DNA of 64,000 bases from Nitrospirales bacterium (GTDB lineage: Bacteria; Nitrospirota; Nitrospiria; Nitrospirales; UBA8639). Both the position numbers and the translations under genes were made by a program. Below the pieces are notes generated by a model that saw only the letters and a program-made list of their open reading frames with translations, searched no databases and had not been told where the DNA came from. The DNA is taken from positions 1,312,001 to 1,376,000 of the forward strand of contig CBDBCZ010000019.1 of the NCBI GenBank assembly GCA_965203295.1, read 5' to 3'. The first letter of the stretch is position 1; each line of letters starts with the position of its first letter. Of this stretch, positions 11,852 to 22,416 are shown in pieces.

Positions 11852-12315
11852 ATGCTTGGAATACAGCAAGAGCAACGGATTCGATGGTTCAGCTTTGGAG
11901 TCACACTGGGCCTCATTCTTGTGTGCAATGCCATGTTATTGCTAGGTCTCTGGGCCAGTGTACTGAACCTTGATTGGGTGTTTTCGGAATCTGAGTTTTA
12001 TGAGCCAACGAAAGGCTATTGTGTCAAAGTGACGATGGCTCAAGTTATTGACTCACATGAGCGTGTACGGTTGTGTTCAGAGTGGTTGGAGATGTCGGAT
12101 CCAACAGGGCAGGTTCATACCTTGCGGGAAGGTGAACCCATTGCGTACGGAGAAGATGGCAAATTTCATTATGAGAGTGACCTCGGTCAAATGCGAAATT
12201 GTTGGCCCTTTTGGTGTTTGTCGTCCTGGTCATAGGATCAGGAATGTGGCTCAAACGATACCTCATTGCCTGGTATCGCTTACGACTTCAGGCTACGGGC
12301 GAGAAGGTGGGATAG
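11852..12315 (+). pseudogene. membrane protein, frameshifted
   Basis: N-terminal TM helix. A 1-nt deletion near 12190 hides the C-terminal TM (AKLLALLVFVVLVIGSGMWLKRYL...KVG*). Confidence 0.6.
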
Positions 12316-12433
12316 GGAATAGGATTGGTTCATCGAGTGATCATTCACAACGTTATGGAAAGATTTTCAGTCCTGTAGATTAAGAAGACCTACAAGATTC
12401 TGAAAATCATCTTTGGATAAGGGGAACCAAAGC

Positions 12434-15277
12434 ATGCGTAAGAAGAAGTACGTTTTTTACTTTGGAGATGGCAAGGCCGAAGGGAAAGGTTCTATGAGGG
12501 AACTCCTTGGGGGAAAAGGAGCAGGCCTGGCCGAAATGACGAACCTGAAGATTTCAGTTCCTCCGGGGTTCACGATCAGTACAGAGGCCTGTTTGGAATA
12601 CTTTAAATGCAAGGAAAAGTACCCATCTGGCATGTGGGAGCAGGCCCTTAAAGGGATGAAACGGGTCGAGCGATCGATGAAAGCTGGATTCGGTGATCCC
12701 CAAAATCCCCTGCTTGTATCCGTCCGCTCCGGTGCCCGCGCATCGATGCCCGGTATGATGGATACAGTTTTAAACTTGGGACTGAATTCAGAAACCGTTC
12801 GGGGATTAGCGGAAAAAACCAATAATGAGCGCTTTGTTGCCGATGCTTACCGTCGGTTTATCACGATGTTCGGATCGGTTGTCATGGATATACCTCGAGA
12901 ACGATTTGAGGAAATTCTTGATGAGAAAAAGAAAGAACGAGGTGTGTCAAATGATACTGATCTGTCAACCAATGATCTGAATGATTTGGTGTCCCAATAC
13001 AAAGTGGTTGTCAAACAGCTGACCAACCGCGAATTTCCTCAGGATCCGTTTGAACAGCTTAGATTGGGGATCAATGCGGTATTCGTGTCCTGGTTTGGTG
13101 ATCGGGCGGTGACTTACCGAAAAATCTACGAAATTCCAGATACGTGGGGAACAGCGGTCAATGTCGTGGCGATGGTCTTTGGCAATATGGGCGAGACGAG
13201 TGGAACAGGTGTGGCGTTTACACGTGATCCTTCAACAGGAGTGCACACATTTTTTGGCGAATGCCTCCTCAACGCCCAGGGCGAAGACGTCGTCGCGGGA
13301 ACCCGTACGCCCCTTCCCGTGACAGCGCTCAAAGATCAACTGCCGTCCGCTTATAAAGCTTTAATGGATACCCAAAAGAAACTCGAACGTCATTATCGGG
13401 ATATGCTGGATTTGGAATTTACGATCCAGGAAGAAAAGTTGTACATGCTGCAAACACGAGTAGGGAAGCGAACCGGAATTGCGGCAGTACGAATCGCCGT
13501 CGAAATGGTGAAAGAAGGGCTCATCGATAAAAGAGAAGCGGTTCAACGTGTCGCCCCAGAGCAACTGGCCCAATACCTGCACCCGATTTTTTCGCAGATG
13601 GAGGAAGCTGGGTATCGAGTGATTGGGAAGGGTCTTCCTGCAGGGCCAGGTGCAGCAGCTGGAAAGATTACATTGACTCCGGAACGAGCAGTCGAACTCA
13701 AAGCTCAAGGAGAACGAGCACTTCTTGTGCGGAAGGAAACCAGTCCAGATGACATTCATGGGATGTATGCCGCCGAGGGTTTCCTCACAGCCAAAGGAGG
13801 GATGACCTCACATGCTGCGGTTGTGGCCCGTCAAATGGGAAAGGTCTGTGTTGCTGGGTGCGATGATGTGGAAGTTTTTGAGGAAGAAGACAAGGTACGC
13901 ATCGGCGACGTTATGTTTAAGGAAGGTGATTTTCTCTCCCTGAACGGATTTACTGGGCAAGTGTATGCTGAGGATATTCCCGTTGTTGACTCTGAAGTGA
14001 TCCAAGTGATTCAGGGGAAAATGAACCCTGGCCAGTCCGAAAAATACCAGTATTTTTCGACGGTCCTCAAGTGGGCAGATGAGATCCGGAAACTCAGAGT
14101 TCGCGCGAACGCCGATATTCCTGATCAAGCCAGGATAGCAAGGGGCTTTGGGGCGGAAGGCATTGGGCTGTGTCGGACAGAGCACATGTTTTTTGCTGAA
14201 AAACGGGCCCCCATTATGCAGCAAATGATCCTGGTTACCACAAGGGAAGAACGGGAAAAATATCTGGACCAACTCATGCCCTTGCAAAAACAAGACTTTG
14301 TTGGGTTATACCGCGCAATGGAAGGCTTCCCGGTCACCATTCGGCTGCTGGATCCTCCACTCCATGAATTTTTGCCCAAGCGGGAGCAGCTGATGGTGGA
14401 TATTGCTCGATTAGAGCTGACCAACGGAGATTCAGACGTGATTGAAGAAAAACGGCAGATTCTGTCACGAGTCGAAGAGCTCCATGAATTCAATCCCATG
14501 CTAGGGCTGCGCGGATGTCGGTTGGGGATTACCATGCCGGAAATTACCCGTATGCAGGTGAAGGCTGTGTTTGAAGCCGCGTGCGAAGCTGTGAAAGAAG
14601 GCATAAAGGTCGTGCCAGAAATCATGATTCCTTTGGTCGGCATGACATCCGAAATGAAGGCCCAAAAAGACCTGATTCGCGAAGTGGCTTCTGAAACTAT
14701 GAAACGATGTGGAGTGAAAATACCCTATCTTGTCGGTACGATGATCGAATTGCCCAGAGCGGCCGTGACGGCCGATCGGATTGCAGAGGACGCCGAGTTC
14801 TTTTCCTTTGGAACCAATGATTTCACACAAACCACCTATGGTTTTTCCCGTGACGATGCCGCAAAATTCACCGGATTCTATCGAGATGCCAACCTGATGG
14901 AGTTTGATCCCTTTGAGGTATTGGATCGCGAGGGAGTCGGTTCCATGATGCAGCTTGCGATGAAGGAAGGTCGAAAAACACGACCCGGAATTAAGCTAGG
15001 GATTTGTGGGGAACATGGGGGCGAGCCAAGTTCCGTGGAGTTTTGTCACCAACTTGGCCTGGACTATGTGAGTTGCTCGCCTTACAGAGTGCCAATCGCC
15101 AGATTAGCAGCAGCCCAAGCTGCTCTCGCGGCTGGTGAGGCAAAAGGAACGACAAAAAGATCAAAACCAGCCATCCGAAAGCCCGTCAAAGCAAAATCCC
15201 GAAAAACTCGCGCGGTCTCGGTCAAGGCCTCTTCCAAAAAGAAATCCCACCAACGTAAAACATCTTCCCGCCGGTGA
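12434..15277 (+). CDS. ppdK: pyruvate, phosphate dikinase
   Basis: LGGKGAGLAEM, VSVRSGA, GGMTSHAAVVAR, GIGLCRTEHMF, GICGEHGG. Confidence 0.98.
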   Translation: MRKKKYVFYFGDGKAEGKGSMRELLGGKGAGLAEMTNLKISVPPGFTISTEACLEYFKCKEKYPSGMWEQALKGMKRVERSMKAGFGDPQNPLLVSVRSGARASMPGMMDTVLNLGLNSETVRGLAEKTNNERFVADAYRRFITMFGSVVMDIPRERFEEILDEKKKERGVSNDTDLSTNDLNDLVSQYKVVVKQLTNREFPQDPFEQLRLGINAVFVSWFGDRAVTYRKIYEIPDTWGTAVNVVAMVFGNMGETSGTGVAFTRDPSTGVHTFFGECLLNAQGEDVVAGTRTPLPVTALKDQLPSAYKALMDTQKKLERHYRDMLDLEFTIQEEKLYMLQTRVGKRTGIAAVRIAVEMVKEGLIDKREAVQRVAPEQLAQYLHPIFSQMEEAGYRVIGKGLPAGPGAAAGKITLTPERAVELKAQGERALLVRKETSPDDIHGMYAAEGFLTAKGGMTSHAAVVARQMGKVCVAGCDDVEVFEEEDKVRIGDVMFKEGDFLSLNGFTGQVYAEDIPVVDSEVIQVIQGKMNPGQSEKYQYFSTVLKWADEIRKLRVRANADIPDQARIARGFGAEGIGLCRTEHMFFAEKRAPIMQQMILVTTREEREKYLDQLMPLQKQDFVGLYRAMEGFPVTIRLLDPPLHEFLPKREQLMVDIARLELTNGDSDVIEEKRQILSRVEELHEFNPMLGLRGCRLGITMPEITRMQVKAVFEAACEAVKEGIKVVPEIMIPLVGMTSEMKAQKDLIREVASETMKRCGVKIPYLVGTMIELPRAAVTADRIAEDAEFFSFGTNDFTQTTYGFSRDDAAKFTGFYRDANLMEFDPFEVLDREGVGSMMQLAMKEGRKTRPGIKLGICGEHGGEPSSVEFCHQLGLDYVSCSPYRVPIARLAAAQAALAAGEAKGTTKRSKPAIRKPVKAKSRKTRAVSVKASSKKKSHQRKTSSRR

Positions 15278-16398
15278 GTGACGTCAAGACTGACGTCAGT
15301 TACATGAAAAAAGTTCTTCGCCTTGCTGCGAAAGGGCGAGGACTGACCAGTCCCAACCCCATGGTGGGCGCAATCATCGTCAACAAGGGACGTATCGTCG
15401 GCCAGGGCTTTCACCATAAAGCTGGAGAGCCTCACGCGGAAATTCTTGCCCTTCATCGAGCCGGTCCCCGAGCTCGAGGGGGAACCATGTACGTGAATCT
15501 CGAGCCCTGTTGTCATGCCAACAAACGAACCCCACCGTGTGTCCCAAGCATCATGACCTCTGGATTACAACGTGTGGTGATTGCCATGAAAGACCTCAAT
15601 CTCCAGGTCTCAGGTCGGGGGATCAGGCAATTGCGTCGGGCCGTCTTCAGTGTTGAAGTGGGATGCCTTCGGGAAGAAGCCGAACAACTCAACGAAGTCT
15701 ATTGCCACTGGATACAAACAAGTCGGCCTTTTGTCATTCTAAAGGCGGCGATGTCGCTGGATGGGAAAATTGCGACGGCTACTGGAGAATCACAATGGAT
15801 CACGGGAGAACAGGCGAGAGAGCATGTTCATAATGTGCGTAGCCAGGTCGATGCCATTTTGGTCGGCATATCCACCGTCCTCAAGGATGATCCCAAACTC
15901 ACAGTGCGATTGCCAGGCAAGACCTCACCTCAGACGTCTTTGCGCCAGCCTGTTCGGGTGATTCTCGATAGTACACTGCGAATTCCTCAATCAGCACAAG
16001 TGTTTCGGTGGATGATGGAAAATCCCACAGTGATTGCAACCACGAAACGAGCGAACAAAAAAAAGATAGAGCAGCTTACTGCCCAAGGGGCAACAATTTT
16101 GGTGCTTCCTCAAGACAGAGGCCGAGTATCATTTCCTGCATGTTTGCGACGACTGAGTTATATGGGTTTAACCAGTGTGCTGGTAGAGGGTGGTGGTGAA
16201 GTAAATGCCAGGGCCTTGAGGAGTGGGCTGGTGAATAAGGTCGTATTGTATGTCGCCCCTTTCTTGTTGGGTGGACAGAACTCAAAAAACCTGATTGGCG
16301 GAGCATCGCCAAAAAGATTGATTGATGCGGTTCGGTTGCGCGATGTAGAGGTACAACGAGTCGGCGAGGATGTATTGATAGCTGCCTATGTCACCTAA
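15274..16398 (+). CDS. ribD: riboflavin biosynthesis deaminase/reductase
   Basis: PNPMVGA, HAE, LEPCCH...PPC, SLDGKIA, VEGGG. Confidence 0.96.
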   Translation: MSDVKTDVSYMKKVLRLAAKGRGLTSPNPMVGAIIVNKGRIVGQGFHHKAGEPHAEILALHRAGPRARGGTMYVNLEPCCHANKRTPPCVPSIMTSGLQRVVIAMKDLNLQVSGRGIRQLRRAVFSVEVGCLREEAEQLNEVYCHWIQTSRPFVILKAAMSLDGKIATATGESQWITGEQAREHVHNVRSQVDAILVGISTVLKDDPKLTVRLPGKTSPQTSLRQPVRVILDSTLRIPQSAQVFRWMMENPTVIATTKRANKKKIEQLTAQGATILVLPQDRGRVSFPACLRRLSYMGLTSVLVEGGGEVNARALRSGLVNKVVLYVAPFLLGGQNSKNLIGGASPKRLIDAVRLRDVEVQRVGEDVLIAAYVT

Positions 16399-16442
16399 TT
16401 GAAGACCAACCCAGTTAACCTACCACTGTGGAATAATGTTAT

Positions 16443-16631
16443 CTATTCCCCTGATTTGAACAGGCAGTGCTTGGTAAAGTCTGCTACTTCGTTAGTGGTC
16501 TAGTTTCCCTTAGATTTCTCCTTCATGTTCGTACACCATTCTTGACTTCCTATCTCCGGAGAGCAACCTAACGTGAAGATTACTAACATCATACGGCAAA
16601 GTAATGGGATACTCTTAATCCCTTTATCCAT
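16443..16631 (-). pseudogene. DUF3012-like small lipoprotein with in-frame TAG
   Basis: LGCSPEIGSQEWCTNMKEKSKGN*TTNEVADFTKHC; the stop at 16500-16502 falls where family members have Trp. Confidence 0.7.
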
Positions 16632-16886
16632 TTGCTCACTTCCTGAAAAAATAAGTTGCCGAATACGGACGAGTTCACCAGTGCTGACACCCATCCAGTG
16701 GAGCGCCTGTCTAAACTAACTCTATAAATATTCCTGAGCAACTGTCCTGTTTTTTCGGGGGTCATAAAAACTAGAGTCGCTCGAAAGACGGTTTGTTAGC
16801 TTTATAGATCAAAAGAAATTGACTGGTTAGCACGACAATTTTATACAGATTGTCTTTCTTTGACCAGACAGTATTCTACTGTTAGA

Positions 16887-18250
16887 GTGGGTATAAATTG
16901 TTTTGCGTTCCTTTATAGGGACGCTTCTTCGGTCTACTCCTGCCTAAAGTCCTTTCTTTTCTCCTGCCTCTTTGCATTTGTATCGTGCTCTCAGGCCCAA
17001 GTGCTCATGCTCAGGAATCGGAAAAGGGTCTTTCCCCCCATGATCGGTCAGCTCAATCCCTATCTCTTTCTGCCCTTGTTGGGCAATTTTTGTTGGCCAA
17101 TGATAGAGCAGAGACAGATCAATTACTTGAACAAGTTCTTGCTCATCCTAAGGCAACGTTGGACAGTGTGACTGGTGCGATTCGTGCTGGTCAAACTTAT
17201 GGGCAGGAACCTCTTGGAGAACAGCCGGGGTTGCCTGTTCGTGTTCGTGGCCACATGCAGTCCTACAGCCTTTATGTGCCGCCTTCCTATTCCCCCAATA
17301 GACCTTTTCCTTTGGTCGTGTGTTTACACGGGCTAGGGTTTACCGGAGACTCTTACCTTGAGCGGTGGCAACCTCGGTTGGGAGATGCCTACATATTGGC
17401 CTGTCCGACCTACTCTGAAGCGGGGTGGTATAACCGATTTGGCGAGGACCTTGTCTTTGCCACGATCAACTCTGTGAAGACACGTTACTGGATTGACCTT
17501 GATCGTATTTATCTCACGGGGATGTCAAATGGAGGGATTGGAGCCTGGATCATCGGAATGCATCATGCACCGAAATTTGCTGGGGTGGCGCCAATGGCGA
17601 GTGGGATTGATGACGTGATGTATCCATTTTTGGAAAATCTCAGTCAAACCCCGATCTATATTATTCACGGAGCACGAGATCAGATCATGCCGGTGTGGAT
17701 GAGTCGGAAGATCACAAATGAATTGGATGATTTAGATATTGCGTATACGTATCGTGAGCACGATCGGTCTCATTCTCATGCTGGTGGGCATTTTTTCCCT
17801 CGAGAAGAATTGCCAGCCCTCGTGTCCTGGTTCGGAGCATAGAAACGAAATCCTTTTCCACAGAAACTTGTCCTGGTACGGGATGCTTCGCACTTGACGG
17901 ACTTCGGGTGGGTGCGGATTGACGCGACAGACAGAATTGCGGCATTTCAGGATAATCTCATGGATAGTCGGGGCGAATATATCAAACAACGCATCTATGC
18001 TAGGTTGGAGGTAGAGTTTGTTCGCGCTAATCGCCTTGAGGTGAGGACAAACCGGGTGAGGCGATATACCGTGTTTCTGAATGACCATCTTGTTGATCTG
18101 ACAAAACCTGTGACGGTTGTGACGAATGGTCATGTCAACTTTAATGGCTTGGTACAGTCTAGCTTAGAAACTTTGCTTCGTGAGGCCCGTCGCCGACAAG
18201 ATCCGGAAATGCTGTTTGCAGCTCGATTGACCATCGATGTGGAGCAGTGA
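16887..18250 (+). pseudogene. exported alpha/beta hydrolase (esterase/peptidase-like), disrupted
   Basis: CLHGLG, GMSNGG, HGARD, GGHFF. Signal-peptide frameshift near 16985. In-frame TAG at 17840-17842, with the same frame continuing to 18250. Confidence 0.75.
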
Positions 18251-18289
18251 GTCAGGCCTGATCTTTTTGTTTCTGATGTAAAACTCATC

Positions 18290-19795
18290 ATGGTACATGC
18301 TATTGCGATCCTAGGTACGGCGTCGGATGTAGGAAAGAGCGTTATTGCCACGGCCTTATGCCGAATTCTCTACAGGGCTGGTGTGCGGGTTGCACCTTTT
18401 AAATCCCAGAATATGTCCTTGAATTCCTTTGTCACGGTGGAGGGTGGGGAAATGGGACAGGCTCAGGTGTTGCAGGCTACGGCCTGTGGTTTGGTTCCCC
18501 ACGTTGACATGAACCCAATTCTTCTGAAACCTGAAGCCGACACTCGTTCTCAAGTTGTTGTCCAGGGACGTCTTTGGGGGACGCAAGATGCGCATGGATA
18601 TTTTGGATGCAAACCGGAGTTGTTTGGCTTCGTGCGTGAGAGCTATGAGCGGTTGGCCAACCAGAACGATGTGATCATCATTGAGGGAGCCGGGAGTGGG
18701 GCGGAAGTGAATCTTCGGAGTCGAGATTTAGTGAATTGGCCTGTCGCTGAGTTGGCTGATGCATCGGTGATCCTGGTGGCTGACATTGATCGAGGTGGGG
18801 TGTTTGCCCAAGTCATTGGCACGCTGGATTTGCTTGAGCCTGAAGAACGCCGACGAGTTGTGGGTATCGTGATCAATAAGTTTCGCGGAGACATCAGCTT
18901 GTTTCATGATGGAGTCACGTTTATCGAAAACAGAACCCAGATTCCTGTTCTAGGGGTCGTGCCTTACCTTCGGAACCTTGAGCTAGACCAAGAAGATAGC
19001 CTTGATGTCAGCTTGAATCACCAATCCGTTTTTCGTTCTGAGACGGTCAATATTGCTGTTATTTTGCTGCCTCATATGAGCAACTTTACAGATTTTAATG
19101 TACTTCGTGCTGAAAAGGATGTTGTGGTTCGATACGTATCTAAACCCTGGGAACTTGTAGGGGCTGATGTGGTCATGTTGCCAGGAACTAAAATGACGAT
19201 CCATGACATGACTTATTTGCATCAAGCTGGGTTTGGTTCTTGGTTGCGAGAACATGTGAGTCGAGGAGGGGAATTGGTCGGTCTTTGCGGGGGATTTCAA
19301 ATGCTGGGAACAGAAATCTCTGACCCTGATCATGCCGAAACTGGTGGTGGGTGCAAGGGATTTGGATTGCTCCAGTTTTCTACTGAATTGTTAACTGAAA
19401 AAAAGACTTATCAGGTTCGTGCTATCCCGCTGCATATAAGAAATGCTGAGGCATGTTCGGTGACGGTTTATGAGATTCATATGGGAATCACCACACGGCT
19501 TGCAGCTTTGCCATGCTTTAGAATTCTAGAAGGAATGTTCAGCAGTGAGGATGATGGAGCTCGAAGTGATGATGGTCTTGTCTGGGGGACGTATATTCAT
19601 GGAGTGTTTGATGAACCGGGATTTCGCAGAACGTGGATAAAGCGCGTACGTGCGCGAAAGGGATTGCCGATTTTAGATATCTCCATTTCTGAGGAAGTGA
19701 GTGCTCGGCTAGCAGGTGCTCTTGATCGTTGGGCCGATCATATTGAAACGCATGTTAATTTGACGCCCATGTTATCGATTCTGGGGTTGCGTTAG
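18290..19795 (+). CDS. cobQ: cobyric acid synthase
   Basis: GTASDVGKS, PFKSQNM, EGAGS, DIDRGG, SNFTDF, GLCGGFQMLG, GTYIHG. Confidence 0.96.
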   Translation: MVHAIAILGTASDVGKSVIATALCRILYRAGVRVAPFKSQNMSLNSFVTVEGGEMGQAQVLQATACGLVPHVDMNPILLKPEADTRSQVVVQGRLWGTQDAHGYFGCKPELFGFVRESYERLANQNDVIIIEGAGSGAEVNLRSRDLVNWPVAELADASVILVADIDRGGVFAQVIGTLDLLEPEERRRVVGIVINKFRGDISLFHDGVTFIENRTQIPVLGVVPYLRNLELDQEDSLDVSLNHQSVFRSETVNIAVILLPHMSNFTDFNVLRAEKDVVVRYVSKPWELVGADVVMLPGTKMTIHDMTYLHQAGFGSWLREHVSRGGELVGLCGGFQMLGTEISDPDHAETGGGCKGFGLLQFSTELLTEKKTYQVRAIPLHIRNAEACSVTVYEIHMGITTRLAALPCFRILEGMFSSEDDGARSDDGLVWGTYIHGVFDEPGFRRTWIKRVRARKGLPILDISISEEVSARLAGALDRWADHIETHVNLTPMLSILGLR

Positions 19796-19887
19796 ACGAA
19801 CTCTACACATGAAATGCACATTAGTCGTCAATTCGTCAATAAGACTTCTGTGCTATCAACTCTGGTTCTTCGTCATCTTTGCTCGCC

Positions 19888-19917
19888 TTGACAAACCAAT
19901 CACCCCTCACCTACAGT
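19888..19917 (+). promoter_or_regulatory. candidate sigma70 promoter of riboswitch-btuFCD transcript
   Basis: TTGACA-N18-TACAGT directly upstream of riboswitch P1. Confidence 0.55.
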
Positions 19918-19931
19918 CCCTTCAATAAAGT

Positions 19932-20110
19932 TGTTCGGGTGCAGGGAAGAAGGTGCAACTCCTTCGCGGTCCCGCCGCTGTAACTGAGGACGAAACTCGC
20001 AAGAGCCACTGTCAAGGTTTGATACTCGTTTCCTTGATGGGAAGGCGCGGGGAGTAGGGTAGCCCAGATTTTTGGGTTGAGACTCAGGAGCCAGAATACC
20101 TGCTCGAACA
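19932..20110 (+). ncRNA. cobalamin riboswitch
   Basis: AGGGAA-GGTGCAACTCC, CCCGCCGCTGT, GCCACTG, TGGGAAGG, and B12-box GAGCCAGAATACCTGC; closing stem TGTTCG/CGAACA; upstream of btuF. Confidence 0.92.
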
Positions 20111-20149
20111 GAGGCCTTTGTTCCCTCGTGGGCTGGGGAGCGGGTGAGG

Positions 20150-21181
20150 ATGAAGAAGCGGGTGCAATCCTCAAGGTTTATTCAGCCTTGGGGATTTTTT
20201 ATTTTGTTTCAAATTTTTCGAAAACTCGTTGTATTTCAGGTGGTAGGCCTGGCCATCGTGTTTCTTGCGGCAACCCTAGCTCAAGCCCATGAACCGGCCT
20301 CCAATTCTATGAAACGCCGTCAACAGGGTATTCTCACGGGAATGCCGTTCATGGCCAATTTGGCCCCGCGCACCTTTGTGGATGACGTGGGACGCAAGGT
20401 ATTTTTGGCCAAATCTCCCCAACGCATTATTTCTCTTGCCCCAAGTATCACCGAAATCCTGTATGCGCTTGGAGTCGGTGAATCCGTTGTTGGCGTGACC
20501 GAGTTTTGTGATTATCCCCCTGAAGCGAAGACTAAACCCCATGTTGGAGATTCTCGCCCGAATCTTGAGGCCATTATCGGTCTGAAGCCTGACCTTGTGC
20601 TTGCTATGCAAGTTGTTAGAAATGATGTGCTTGAGACATTGGAGCAACTCAAGATTCCTTTGTTTATCATGGAAGCCCGATCCATCGAGCGTATTTACTC
20701 CCATATTCGAACATTGGGTCGGATGGTTGAACGGACTAAGGAGGCGAATGTATTAGCCACCACCATGCGTCGAGAAGTTCAAGGGGTGGCGGATAAGACC
20801 CGAGAGCTTCCTCGTCCTCGGGTCCTTTATGTGTTGTATAACCAACCCTTTATTACCGTGGGACCAGGGAGCTTTATTCATCAATTGATTGAGCTTGCTG
20901 GAGGAGAGAATATTGCCAGTGATGCGGGTTCAGCCTATCCCAGGTTGAGCATGGAGGTGGTCGTTCAGAAAGATCCAGAAATTCTTGTGTTTCCGGCCAT
21001 GGTCCAAGAAGGTCTATCCGACGCGGAGTTAGTTCGGTGGAAACGATGGCCAACCCTGACTGCGGTGAGAACCGGACATCTTCATCACGTCCCCTGGGCC
21101 CTTCTGAGTCGTCCGGGTCCAAGAATTGGGAAAGGTTTGTTCCACTTGGCCAAGGTGATCCATCCAAACGTATTCGAGTGA
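20150..21181 (+). CDS. btuF: cobalamin ABC transporter substrate-binding protein
   Basis: PQRIISLAPSITEIL, VGVTEFCDYP, LAGGENI, RPGPR; start uncertain. Confidence 0.9.
   Translation: MKKRVQSSRFIQPWGFFILFQIFRKLVVFQVVGLAIVFLAATLAQAHEPASNSMKRRQQGILTGMPFMANLAPRTFVDDVGRKVFLAKSPQRIISLAPSITEILYALGVGESVVGVTEFCDYPPEAKTKPHVGDSRPNLEAIIGLKPDLVLAMQVVRNDVLETLEQLKIPLFIMEARSIERIYSHIRTLGRMVERTKEANVLATTMRREVQGVADKTRELPRPRVLYVLYNQPFITVGPGSFIHQLIELAGGENIASDAGSAYPRLSMEVVVQKDPEILVFPAMVQEGLSDAELVRWKRWPTLTAVRTGHLHHVPWALLSRPGPRIGKGLFHLAKVIHPNVFE
20166..20205 (+). terminator. intrinsic terminator (probable riboswitch expression platform)
   Basis: Stem AATCCTCAAGG / CCTTGGGGATT followed by TTTTATTTT. Confidence 0.7.
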
Positions 21182-21267
21182 CAGGAAGAGCCTCATGAGC
21201 GGGGATGGTTTTTCGTGCTCACCGATCACTTAACGCGGTCCTCTTCTAATTCAATGATCAGAATCTC

Positions 21268-22416
21268 ATGAATGGAAGTCCAGTAAGAGAGAATAGGATC
21301 AGTGTAGGCAACTCCGGTTCGGGGGTAGAGACGGTTGGTCTTCCGGGAAGTGAGTTTCGAGATCTCCCGATGCTCTTTCTTTCAGCGAAGCGCTGGCTCT
21401 TGATCATTTCGGGAGTACTCCTTCTCAGCCTTCTCATCGTACTGGTTTGCCTGACGTTTGGTGCAGAATCAATTGGAATAGGTATCATCATACAAACCCT
21501 CGTTGCGGGAATCCGTGATGGGCAAGCGGGCATGGAATCCGCGGGGGTGCCAGGAATTATTGTATGGCAGGTACGGCTCCCGCGGATTTTATTGGCCTTT
21601 TTGGTCGGTAGTTCATTGGCTGGATTGGGTGTGGCATTACAAGCTCTCCTTCGGAACCCGTTGGCTGATCCCTTTGTGTTGGGGATTTCGAGTGGGGCGG
21701 CGTTTGGTGCCACGCTGGCCATTCTCCTCGGTGTTGGGAGTACCGTTTTGGGGTTGTCTACCCTTCCTCTCTGGGCGTTTGGCGGGGGGCTCCTTTCAAT
21801 CATGGTGGTGTACCGAATTAGTATTTCTTACAGGATGCTATCGGTGCATACCCTCTTGTTGGCTGGAGTCATTCTCAATGCCTTGTTTTCTGCTCTTATC
21901 ATGTTCGTGATTTCGATCGCTGATCCTACTCAAGCCTTTAAGATGATGCTCTGGTTGATGGGGACCCTAACCGTCCCGGAATTCTGGACCTTACTGACCC
22001 TTGTGGTCTATTTGGCCTGTGGCTTTCTGATTTTGTTCTGGTTAGCGCGGCCGTTGAATATCTTAACCCTTGGAGATGAGTCGGCCAGGTCTTTGGGTGT
22101 GGAAGTTGAGCGAATCAAAAGATTGGTATTCGTGACGGCGGCTCTTGTGACAGGAGCCGTGGTCTCTATTGCTGGATTGATTGGGTTTGTCGGTATGGTC
22201 GTACCCCATGCGGTTCGAATGATTGTCAGGGCGGATCATCGTCTTTTACTGCCAGTTTCCGCCTTGGTTGGTGGCGCGTTTTTAACCCTAGCGGATACAG
22301 TCGCCCGAACGGCCTTAGCTCCGACAGAGCTGCCTGTAGGGGTGGTGACTGCACTCATCGGAGGGCCAATTTTTATCTACCTTCTTGTCCGTCGTCGGGC
22401 AGGGGTTCCCTTATGA
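21268..22416 (+). CDS. btuC: cobalamin/iron-chelate ABC transporter permease (FecCD family)
   Basis: RLPR, RNPLADP, GDESARSLGV, IGFVGM, ELPVG. Confidence 0.9.
   Translation: MNGSPVRENRISVGNSGSGVETVGLPGSEFRDLPMLFLSAKRWLLIISGVLLLSLLIVLVCLTFGAESIGIGIIIQTLVAGIRDGQAGMESAGVPGIIVWQVRLPRILLAFLVGSSLAGLGVALQALLRNPLADPFVLGISSGAAFGATLAILLGVGSTVLGLSTLPLWAFGGGLLSIMVVYRISISYRMLSVHTLLLAGVILNALFSALIMFVISIADPTQAFKMMLWLMGTLTVPEFWTLLTLVVYLACGFLILFWLARPLNILTLGDESARSLGVEVERIKRLVFVTAALVTGAVVSIAGLIGFVGMVVPHAVRMIVRADHRLLLPVSALVGGAFLTLADTVARTALAPTELPVGVVTALIGGPIFIYLLVRRRAGVPL

Noticed and set aside
3430..17842. Four in-frame TAG codons suggesting amber recoding or pyrrolysine
   Set aside because: Contexts imply different residues (Trp and Gln), each one transition away. 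TAG terminates normal genes here (glyS, cobQ, the ProA-like gene). No pyl genes or suppressor tRNA are in the window.
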